A DNA stretch of 32,000 bases from Mycobacterium leprae TN. GTDB taxonomy: Bacteria; Actinomycetota; Actinomycetes; Mycobacteriales; Mycobacteriaceae. Position 1 is the stretch's first letter. Each line of letters opens with the position of its first letter. The translations under genes were made by a program, and so were the position numbers. Positions 24,010-32,000 of the stretch are shown piece after piece. Location: positions 1,950,001-1,982,000 of the forward strand of contig NC_002677.1 of the NCBI RefSeq assembly GCF_000195855.1, in the 5' to 3' direction. Below the pieces are notes generated by a model that ran no database searches, was not told the DNA's origin, and saw only the letters and a program-made list of their open reading frames with translations.

Positions 24010-25125
24010 TCAGAGGTAGCCGGTTTGGTTCACCAACCGCACCGAAGACGCGCCATCGGGATAGAACTCAGCAATGCTCAACGATCCCAAGTCAAGATGA
24101 AGCCTGTACAGGATGCCTGCCCCGGCATCCAACGCGAGCCGCAGCAGCATCTTGATCGGTGTGACGTGTGACACCACCAGCACCGTTTCGCCCTGATATT
24201 CAGCGATGATCCGTGCACGCGCCGAGCACACCCGGCCCAGCACATCATCGAAGCTTTCACCGCCCGGCGGTAACGTGGCAGTGTCGTGCAGCCAACAATG
24301 ATGCAGTTGCGGATCGCGCGCGGCGGCCTCGGCAAACGTCAACCCCTCCCAGGCGCCGAAATCGATTTCAATCAGATCATCATCAACCGTCAAGTTGGCC
24401 CCCAGCAAGTCGGCGACGGTTGCCGCGGTGTCGTAAGCCCGTTGCAATGGCGAGGAGACCACTCCGGCTATGCCGCCGCGCTGCGCAAAATACCGCGCCG
24501 CAGCTCGAGCTTGACGCCAACCCACGTTATTTAGTGCCGGGTTACCGCGTCCCGAATAGCGACGTTGCACCGACAGTTCGGTCTGGCCATGTCGCAGCAA
24601 TAACAGACGGGTGGGCGTACCTCGCGCACCCGTCCAACCTGGCGCTGTTTGCGATTCCTTCGCAACAGCTTTCGTGGACTGAGCAAGCTGCGTAGCGGCT
24701 TGGTCAACTCGGCCTTCAGCGCAAGACGCGGCATCCATCGCTTCGTTGGCCAATCGGTCAGCGCGCGAATTCCGGGTACGCGGAATCCACGTATAACTAA
24801 CACTCGCCAGCCGCGATGCTAACGTCTGGGCGTGTACGTATAACTCAATCAAGTCGGGATGCTTGACTTTCCACCGCCCCGACATCTGTTCCACGACCAG
24901 CTTAGAATCCATCAAGACCTCGGCCTCGGTGGCACCCATTTTCACAGCATCGTCCAACCCCGCTATTAGAGCACGGTATTCAGCGACGTTGTTCGTCGCT
25001 CTGCCGATTGCCTGCTTGGTCTCCGTCAGCACAGCCGAACGGTCAGCTATCCACACCACTGCGCCATATCCGGCTGGTCCGGGGTTTCCTCTCGACCCAC
25101 CGTCAGCCTCGATGATAACTTTCAC
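24010..25125 (-). CDS. Bifunctional RNase HI / histidine phosphatase (CobC-type), Rv2228c-like
   Basis: Start VKVIIEADGGSRGNPGPAGYGAVVW (RNase HI), then C-terminal TRLLLLRHGQTELSVQRRYSGRGNPALN...VVSSPLQRAYDTA...TDFGAWEGL-like...VVSHVTPIKMLL. GTG start at 25125, internal to the tracked ORF. Confidence 0.94.
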   Translation of the reverse strand: MKVIIEADGGSRGNPGPAGYGAVVWIADRSAVLTETKQAIGRATNNVAEYRALIAGLDDAVKMGATEAEVLMDSKLVVEQMSGRWKVKHPDLIELYVHAQTLASRLASVSYTWIPRTRNSRADRLANEAMDAASCAEGRVDQAATQLAQSTKAVAKESQTAPGWTGARGTPTRLLLLRHGQTELSVQRRYSGRGNPALNNVGWRQARAAARYFAQRGGIAGVVSSPLQRAYDTAATVADLLGANLTVDDDLIEIDFGAWEGLTFAEAAARDPQLHHCWLHDTATLPPGGESFDDVLGRVCSARARIIAEYQGETVLVVSHVTPIKMLLRLALDAGAGILYRLHLDLGSLSIAEFYPDGASSVRLVNQTGYL

Positions 25126-25820
25126 TGGAAAAATCCTTTGTCCAGCAACTGGATAGCTCCAGATTCCGGGTACTTCACTACTTCGTCGTCGACGTCCACC
25201 GAGATGCAAGACAGCTCTCCGCGGCCGATCTCGCTTCGACAGGCTCCGCAACGGTGTCCCTGCAATTGCCCGACACCCAACCCACCCCCAGCACACAGTC
25301 GTTCGTAAGGCGCGGAGAGAGCAGGGGCCAGTTCCGCGATCAGCACATCGCATTGTGAGGAATGCGGCTGGCCAACTTGGTCGATCTCAGCAAAGGCAAC
25401 GTCAAGAGTCTGGCGAGCACCGACCAGGTCGGTCTGCATCCTCTCGATTGCCCCTAGCTCTGCAGTCAGCTGGTCCTGCAGCTCTCCGCGGCGCTTCATA
25501 ACCTCCCGCAGGGAATCTTCCAGGCTGTTCTTACGGCGTTGCCAGGTCCCAAATTCGGGTTGCAGATCAGACAACTGCTTAGCGTCCGTTGCCCCCGAAT
25601 TGAGCAGCAACCGATCCCGGTCTTCACGCTGTCGCATCGCGTCGATCTCCGACTCGAGTAGAAACACCTGGGTATCTACGTCCTCCAACGCAATTTGCAC
25701 AGCTACCAGCCGATCATTGGCGCCGGTGCGCTCGACCCGCATCCGCTCGTAGGCCTCCCGCTGCGGTAAATAGTTGGCCCGGTGCGCGATCCGGGACAAC
25801 TCATCATCCAACTTCGACAA
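25122..25820 (-). CDS. Coiled-coil protein with degenerate C4 zinc-ribbon (Rv2229c-like)
   Basis: SKLDDELSRIAHRANYLPQREAYERM..., long helical region, C-terminal HRCGACRSEIGRGELSCISVDVDDEVVKYPESGAI. Could be early-stage decay: no strong in-frame start, and one cysteine pair is missing. Confidence 0.75.
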   Translation of the reverse strand: MSKLDDELSRIAHRANYLPQREAYERMRVERTGANDRLVAVQIALEDVDTQVFLLESEIDAMRQREDRDRLLLNSGATDAKQLSDLQPEFGTWQRRKNSLEDSLREVMKRRGELQDQLTAELGAIERMQTDLVGARQTLDVAFAEIDQVGQPHSSQCDVLIAELAPALSAPYERLCAGGGLGVGQLQGHRCGACRSEIGRGELSCISVDVDDEVVKYPESGAIQLLDKGFFQ

Positions 25821-25865
25821 CTCCGGCCGCGAAAACGTTGTTGTTCTTGTTTACTTCGTCTTTCA

Positions 25866-27023
25866 TTACTGATCTCTCCCACTATCGCTCACATCATTCA
25901 CTCTTCTTGCGCCTAGATTCCACGGGTCAGTGCGGATAGTGCACACCCGCACCGACAGTGCTGTACCGAAATGGGATCGCAGCACGTCAGCAGCCTGACC
26001 GCACCACGGGAATTCGCTTGCCCAATGCGCGACGTCGATTAGCGCCACATTTGAAGCCCGCCGATGTTCGTCGGCTGGATGGTGCCGCAAGTCAGCCGTG
26101 ACATACGCCTGAACGTCTGCGACAGCAGCGAGACTCAGCAACGAATCCCCGGCGCCACCGCACACCGCGACCCGCGACACTAGCATGTCGGGGTCTCCCG
26201 TGGCGCGCACGCCCGAGGATGTTTGCGGCAATGCGGCGCCAACCCTGGCAACGAAAGCGCTTAGCGATTCTGGTCGCGGCAGTGTTCCAATGCGGCCCAA
26301 GCCGACATCCCCAGGCGGAGGCACCAGAGCAAAGATATCGAACGCCGGCTCTTCGTAGGGATGCGCGGCGTGCATCGCCGATAACACAGCAGCCCGTGCG
26401 CGTGCAGGTGCTACAACCTCAACCCGGTCTTCGGCCACCCGCTCGATGGCGCCGATGCTACCCACCACAGGCGACGCCCCGTCATGCGGCATGAACTGCC
26501 CGGTACCGGTTACGCTCCAGCTGCAGTGCGAGTAGTCGCCGATGTGGCCGGCACCAGCCTCAAACACCGCCGCCTGCACCGCTGCTACGTGCTCGAGTGG
26601 CACATAGATGACCCACTTGTCGAGGCTGGCCACACCGAGCAAAGGCTCAAGTACCGCGTCGACGGTGAGACCAAAGACGTGTGCTAACGCGTCTGACACA
26701 CCGGGTGATGCCGAGTCTGCGTTGGTGTGCGCGGTGAACAATGAACGCCCGGAGCGGATTAGGCGGTGTACCAACGCACCCTTCGGCGTGCTGACCGCCA
26801 CCGTGTCGACCCCGTGTAACAACAATGGATGATGAACCAGTAACAAGCCGGAATCGGGCACTTCGTCGATGACCGCCGGCGTGGCGTCGACCGCGATAGT
26901 TATCGCCTCCAGCACATCCTCGGGGTCGCCGCATACCAGACCAACCGAATCCCAAGACTGGGCAAACCGCGGCGGGTAGGCGTGATCCAAGACTTCGATA
27001 ACATCAGCCAACCGCGCACTCAT
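25866..27023 (-). CDS. NIF3-like protein (GTP cyclohydrolase 1 type 2 homolog; Rv2230c-like)
   Basis: [34 protein letters not shown]...[13 protein letters not shown]...[17 protein letters not shown]...[14 protein letters not shown]. Start chosen at MSARLAD. Confidence 0.94.
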   Translation of the reverse strand: MSARLADVIEVLDHAYPPRFAQSWDSVGLVCGDPEDVLEAITIAVDATPAVIDEVPDSGLLLVHHPLLLHGVDTVAVSTPKGALVHRLIRSGRSLFTAHTNADSASPGVSDALAHVFGLTVDAVLEPLLGVASLDKWVIYVPLEHVAAVQAAVFEAGAGHIGDYSHCSWSVTGTGQFMPHDGASPVVGSIGAIERVAEDRVEVVAPARARAAVLSAMHAAHPYEEPAFDIFALVPPPGDVGLGRIGTLPRPESLSAFVARVGAALPQTSSGVRATGDPDMLVSRVAVCGGAGDSLLSLAAVADVQAYVTADLRHHPADEHRRASNVALIDVAHWASEFPWCGQAADVLRSHFGTALSVRVCTIRTDPWNLGARRVNDVSDSGRDQ

Positions 27024-27109
27024 CGGCACCTCCCAATATTCGCGCAGGCGATCACCTACGCAATAGCTTGGACTAGCAGCGGCCACTCCAAGCATACTGC
27101 CGGACTCAG

Positions 27110-28050
27110 ATACCGCTAGCCGAGATCTAAGAATCTGTCATACAGATAAATCGTACTTCCATTGTTCTGCAAGCTCTTTCGTACTAGTTTCGCATCAGTC
27201 ATGCTGAACAATATGAACGGAGCCACACCGTCGACACCTAGCGATTCCAGACCGGCCTCCATCTCGGCGCACCAAACCGCCAACCGTGCAGCACTGACCG
27301 CGGCGTTGGCATCAGCGGCGCAACAGGCCGTGGTAATCGTCAGTTGCAATGTACCCACCGGCCAATGCCCCCGTGGGGCAGCCAACCGCGCCAGCACTTC
27401 TGGCGAGCCAAGGGCATAAGCACACCCGCAATCCCACCAACGACCACGTCCTGGTCAGACTGCGCAGTACCAGCATGTCGGGGAGCGAACCGGCGAATAC
27501 CTCCTGGACCACCAGAATCCAGCCGAGCCGGCGCAAAGCGAACAGCTGCTCACGCAGCGTACAATACCGGAGTGGACTTAGTCGGATTGCCCACCACAAC
27601 AAGATCGGCGTGCTCAGGTAAGGTCGGTCCATCCAAGGCGAACGACGGCTCGAGAATAGTATGGCACAAAGGCACTTCGGCAGCAGCCAACGCCACGGTC
27701 AGCTCGGTAAGCGAGAGCGCAACGACCGCAGCCCGCGCCAGCAATAGGTTGGGCCACAACACGAACGCTACCGCCACCTTGGCCAGCTGCAGTACCTCAT
27801 CGCGTCGCAGGCTCGGTGATAGCGGTCGGCGATCGCGTCTTAAGCTCTGGTACACATTGGCGCTACTAGGGTAGCGGGCCATACTCACTATACTCAACAG
27901 TTGCTCAGCCAGCCGTTGCACCAGCCATTGCGACGGCTGGTTAGGACGGACGTTGACGGCGAAATCCAACATGATGCGGTCATGACGGCCTGATCACCGT
28001 GATAGCGCACCGGTACGAAGTGAATTGTCGCACTGTGGTCCAGACGCGCT
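27110..28050 (-). pseudogene. cobC: cobC (PLP-dependent aminotransferase-like, Rv2231c-like) pseudogene
   Basis: 27550..27972 'LDFAVNVRPNQPSQWLVQRLAEQ...LPEHADLVVVGNPT', then other frames ending 'DGVAPFILFSMTDAKLVRKSLQNNG' (27116..27397). Upstream 'RYHGDQAV' is out of frame with LDFAVNVR. Confidence 0.82.
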
Positions 28051-28140
28051 ATCCGTGAAACAATAGTGCGAGTGCGCCACCTTGGGAGCCTGTCATGAAC
28101 ACCGTCCCACCCAGGTGCGCCCATCAAGGACAATGATCAC

Positions 28141-28464
28141 GTGACAAGTACAGCTAATGGCACACCCCCCCTCCATGTGCACGGATCGTCGCTGAGTGCG
28201 GCGCCGCAGCGCGAACAAGCCGAAGACGCGATCGGAGCCTGCCGGACCGAGTACGGCACCCGAGGCTGGGCGATGAACAGCCTCTGCGATGGGATCGGTC
28301 CGCTACTGGCCGATCTACGTTCCGCCGATATCAGGCTAACCGCAGCCACCTCAACTTTAGAACTGATAGCACGGTGCGTTTTCGCCCTTGTCGGACTTGA
28401 TCCGTCCACCGGCATTATACATGCCGCGCCAGTGGACGAGCTGAGGAGGGCACCGGGTGTTTGA
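28141..28464 (+). pseudogene. ptkA: ptkA (Rv2232-like, HAD-family protein tyrosine kinase) truncated relic
   Basis: 'EQAEDAIGACRTEYGTRGWAMNSLCDGIGPLLADLRSADIRLTAATSTLELIAR' followed by 'PVDELRRAPGV'; N-terminal HAD motif and middle portion are missing. Confidence 0.8.
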
Positions 28465-28961
28465 TTTGACTGCACTGCACGTGACGTTCGTCTGTACCGG
28501 CCACATCTGCCACTCGCCGATGGACGAATAAAATGTTCGCTGACCAGCTCCGACAGTGTAGTCTGGGCGATGCAATGCTGGTGATCAGTGCAGGCACCGG
28601 CAACTCGCCTGTGAGCGATGGAGCCGACGCACGGGTCACTCGCGGGTCCTGTGCGCCCATGGCTACCCCCACCGACCAGTGTACCGCCCAAGTCAATGCC
28701 GACCACCTATTATCGGCCGATCTGGTGGTTTCCTTGAGCCGCAATCACGTTGTGATGTTGCGACAGCCAGGGATCGAAAACAGCAGGATACGAATGCTGC
28801 GATCATTCGACCCGAGCTCCGGTGCTTATGCCCTTGACGTCGAGGATCCTTACTACGGCGACCACGATGACTTCGAAGAGGTTTTCGCCGTCATCGAGAC
28901 CGCCTTGCCGGGCCTGCATGATTGGCTCGATGAGCGACTCGCGCAGAACGGACACAGTTAA
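28457..28961 (+). pseudogene. ptpA: ptpA (low-molecular-weight protein tyrosine phosphatase) pseudogene
   Basis: ALHVTFVCTGHICHSPMDE then TAA at 28529-28531; the rest continues one base out of frame at 28533 'MFADQLRQCSLGDAMLVISAGTGN...MLRSFDPSSGAYALDVEDPYYGDHDDFEEVFAVIETALPGLHDWLDERLAQNG'. Confidence 0.85.
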
Positions 28962-29773
28962 TGCGCCATTTGGCGTTATTATTGCGGCCAGGCTGGATCG
29001 CACTGACCTTAGTGGTTACCGCGTTCACCTACTTGTGTTTTATGGTGCTCGCACCCTGGCAGTTGGGCAAGAACACCAGGATGTCACGGGAAAACAACCA
29101 GATCGAATATTCCCTCAACACGCCGCCGGTGCCGGTGAAAACCTTACTATCGCACCAGGATTTGTCGACATCGAAATCTCAGTGGCGCCAGGTTACGGCG
29201 ACCGGGCGCTATCTGCCGGACGTCCAGGTGCTGGCCCGGTTGCGAGTGGTTGATTCAGGCCAGGCTTTCGAGGTGCTAGCACCATTCGTCGTTGACGATG
29301 GACCGACCGTCCTGGTTGATCGCGGTTACGTGCGTCCCGAACCAGGATCGCACGTGCCGCCAATCCCCCGCCCTCCCAACGAGGCCGTAAGTATCACAGC
29401 TCGGCTGCGCGACTCCGAACCGGTCATGAAAGACAAAGAACCGTTCTCCAGGGACGGCGTCCAGCAGGTGTATTCGATTAACATCGAACAGGTCGCAAGG
29501 TTGACAAAGATCCCGTTGGCCGGGTCCTATCTGCAGTTGGTCGATAACCAACCCGGCGGACTCGGTGTGATCGACATACCGCATCTCGACGCTGGGCCGT
29601 TTCTGTCCTATGGCATCCAATGGATCTCGTTTGGCATTATCGCGCCAATTGGATTGGGCTATTTAGCCTACGCAGAGATCCGCACCCACCGTCAGGAGAA
29701 GCTAGCGAAACCGTCACAGGCTCCGATGGCCGTCGAGGAAAAACTCGCAGACCGCTACGGCCACCCACGGTAA
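28961..29773 (+). CDS. SURF1-like cytochrome oxidase biogenesis protein (Rv2235-like)
   Basis: MRHLALLLRPGWIALTLVVTAFTYLCFMVLAPWQLGKN...; VLVDRGYVRPEPG; C-terminal YGIQWISFGIIAPIGLGYLAYAEIR. Confidence 0.93.
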   Translation: MRHLALLLRPGWIALTLVVTAFTYLCFMVLAPWQLGKNTRMSRENNQIEYSLNTPPVPVKTLLSHQDLSTSKSQWRQVTATGRYLPDVQVLARLRVVDSGQAFEVLAPFVVDDGPTVLVDRGYVRPEPGSHVPPIPRPPNEAVSITARLRDSEPVMKDKEPFSRDGVQQVYSINIEQVARLTKIPLAGSYLQLVDNQPGGLGVIDIPHLDAGPFLSYGIQWISFGIIAPIGLGYLAYAEIRTHRQEKLAKPSQAPMAVEEKLADRYGHPR

Positions 29774-29784
29774 ATCGACAGCCC

Positions 29785-30640
29785 AATTAGTAGAGCGACC
29801 TCCGCCTGAACCGCCCGCGACAGCATCACCGCGCGACGCAAATCAGCGACATCTGCCTACGGGCCGTCATCGAGGTTAGGCCCTATCTGCAGCTCATAGT
29901 GGTACGGGTAGGCCCTCCCTGCCACACGCCAAGCGCCCCGACGAAACCCGCTTCGACAACGCTCACTTTGGGGCTGAGATGCCGGGCAGCGTCACGGCGC
30001 CGGGAACGCACCGCACCCGAAGGTGATCCGCCGACGACTAGTTCACACACCACCACCACCACCAACGCTGCGGTCGTCCGCTACGCGACGACATAGTTTA
30101 GCTACGGTCAACCAATCGCGCAGCAGCCCAGCAGAATCGGATATGTCGAGGCGAGCTGTAGCCAACCATTCAATCTAAAGTGTTGACCGCACGGTAAACC
30201 AAAACCCAGACACGCCGCCCACCGTCACCTACAGCAGCGACACCACCGCAGCGTCCGACGTGTTCTCTTCTACCGATTCGAATGCCGGACGTGTTAGGTC
30301 CGAGCTTATCCAGCCGTGCCAGAATCGCGCCCGCACAACAATGATAGCAGCCACGACATCGCCCGTGTGCACCCGGTAAGTTCCCCAATGACACCCCAAC
30401 TGGCCGTAGCGGTAGCCACGATCAACCAGGGCCGAATCTGACATATGGTGCTGCATGCAGCACCATATCCGGCAAGCCGACCACACCGGCCAACAAGCCC
30501 ACATGCATCCCACTGGCAATCCTGCTGTCGCGGTAGGTAACTTGCCCTAACTTTGCAGCCGCTTGGCCGAACATACGCGACCGTATGACCCCGTTGCGGG
30601 TCACCTATAGCACCAGATCAGCTCGGTAGCCGATCAGCAC
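29785..30640 (-). pseudogene. cobD: cobD (cobalamin biosynthesis) pseudogene
   Basis: Minus fragments 'FGQAAAKLGQVTYRDSRIASGMHVGLLAGVVG' (30422..30604), 'YRAVNTLD' (30170..30394), 'VVVVVCELVVGGSPSGAVRSRRRDAARHLSPKVSVVEAGFVGALGV' (29883..30065), in different frames. Confidence 0.85.
30049..30063 (+). repeat. Short trinucleotide microsatellite (ACC)5 within the cobD relic
   Basis: Sequence reads ...gttcac-acaccaccaccaccaccaacgctg; five ACC units. On the minus strand it encodes the run of valines in MVVVVVCELVVGG. Confidence 0.75.
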
Positions 30641-30689
30641 GCCGACTATACGGGCCTGCCGTGTGAGCGCAAAAATCCTTGCGCACAAG

Positions 30690-31780
30690 CGACGCTAGTG
30701 TCGTGCTGCGTGCAGACGAACGCGCGGACTTCCTCGACAAACAGCTCCGGTTGTTCAAATGCGGCAAAGTGACCACCGCACGGCATGGGTTGTTCAGTGT
30801 GTGATGTGGTAGCCTGGCTCGCACCCACTCCTCGGCAGGAGCAGAATCCCCTTGGGGAAAGCCCTGATACGCGTCGGGAATTCCGCCCCGACCAGGTGTT
30901 TGGAAGGCGTCGTAGTTCTCCCCGTACAACCGGGAAGCCGAAGCGTCGGTACTGGTCACCCTATAAACCATTACCATTACGTTGTCGAAGAGCTCATCCC
31001 TGCCGAGTATGTTCTTTGAATTCTCATCGCAGTCCATCCACGCCCAAAACTTCTCGACAATCCACCCCAGTTGTGCCACCGGCGAATCAAGGAGTCCACA
31101 GCTCGATGTCTAGGTTCGGGTCGACTGCTGTTTAGAATAACCGGTTCCAGTACAACGATGCCTGGCTAGCCCAGCCAGGATCTGCTGCTCTTCAGTGGTT
31201 AGACTGATGAGCGTCTCCGCTGGGAGCCGGCCGATCGGCATGACATGTTCAGATGAATGACAAAGCAATGCAAGCGGTTAGGACCCAGCTGCATGGTAAC
31301 GGCTGCACCCCAGTCGCCGTCATGGGCACCGTAGCGGTCGTAGCCAAGGAACACCATGAGCATCTTCTAAGCCGACACGATACTTTTCAACGCCTCATCC
31401 GGTGCGGGCAGATCTGCCAGAGAAGCCGTATCCGGGCAGAGATGGACAGATAAACGTGTAATGTGTCTTCGGCGCGTCCACCGTGAGCCATCGGATCGGT
31501 CAGCGACTCAAATCACTTTGTGAAATTACCCCAGCTAGCCGTAGGTGATCAGCAACGGGAAGGCGTCCTCATGCCGGGACCGTTGATGGATGAAATGACT
31601 TTCCAGAAGGCTGATTTCGGTGATGAACTGATCCAGGTGGTTGAGCGCTGCCTCCCGAAACCGCTAGTCGTATCAGTAGGTTCAGTAGGTTGCCAAGCCG
31701 CGGGTGTAACCCAACGGCATCCCCTGGTGCCAGTCATCTACACATTCGGCCTAGGGCCATCGGGTGCGCGCTAGGCGGAA
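30690..31780 (-). pseudogene. Epoxide hydrolase (EHN N-terminal domain + alpha/beta hydrolase) pseudogene
   Basis: Minus strand: 'YD*RFREAALNHLDQFITEI' and 'SHFIHQRSRHEDAFPLLITYG' near 31540-31670; 'GYDRYGAHDGDWGAAVTMQLGPNRLHCFVIHLN' near 31250-31360; 'AQLGWIVEKFWAWMDCDENSKNILGRDELFDNVM' (30618..31079); terminal 'GGHFAAFEQPELFVEEVRAF' (30646..30828). Confidence 0.83.
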
Positions 31781-32000
31781 GCGTAAATCATCGAGAACAT
31801 TGATGGGAAACGGTTTCACTGACGAAAAGTCTTTGCGACCCGGTGTCGGGGACACTAATCCTCCGCTAGCTTTTGCCCGACCTCGCCCTTGGTCTGCTCT
31901 AGATTCAGTCACCCGGCTGTCCGGTGCCTAAATCAACTTGCGGACATTCTCTACCAGTATCACACATATCAGCCGCGTAGCGCATCCACTGCGACTATAG

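Noticed and set aside
24286-24534. Small ORFs overlapping the Rv2228c-like gene, and tracked start at 25353 for that gene
   Set aside because: The gene aligns with its family only from VKVIIEADGGSRGNPG (25125). The N-terminal extension overlaps the Rv2229c-like gene out of frame and is not credible.
28533-28961. Treating the 142-aa frame as an intact phosphatase
   Set aside because: It starts downstream of the catalytic P-loop (CX5R) and therefore cannot encode an active PTPase; it is the 3' part of a broken ptpA.

Overview
This window matches Mycobacterium leprae: gene content and order follow the M. tuberculosis glnD-smc and glnE-cobD neighbourhoods, and an RLEP repeat is present. It mixes intact genes with many decayed ones. 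Apparently intact genes are ftsY, smc, glnE, glnA2, two tandem secreted alpha/beta-hydrolase proteases (Rv2223c and Rv2224c/caeA-like), panB, an RNase HI/phosphatase fusion (Rv2228c-like), a NIF3-like gene (Rv2230c-like), a SURF1-like gene (Rv2235-like), and the RNase P RNA gene rnpB. Decayed genes are glnD, glnB, amt, acyP, a CYTH/CHAD gene (Rv2226-like), a VanX-type D-Ala-D-Ala dipeptidase, cobC, ptkA, ptpA, cobD and an EHN-type epoxide hydrolase. An RLEP element (about 8.81-9.55 kb) sits where the Rv2922A-like segment abuts the Rv2221c-like segment, so it probably marks a rearrangement junction. I found no evidence for a new defence, mobile or biosynthetic system. The most interesting points are a VanX relic not covered by any long ORF, a PtpA relic that has lost its P-loop arginine, a zinc-ribbon protein missing one cysteine pair, and loss of GlnD/PII/Amt with GlnE retained. 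Comparisons to M. tuberculosis come from memory of the families, not from a search.
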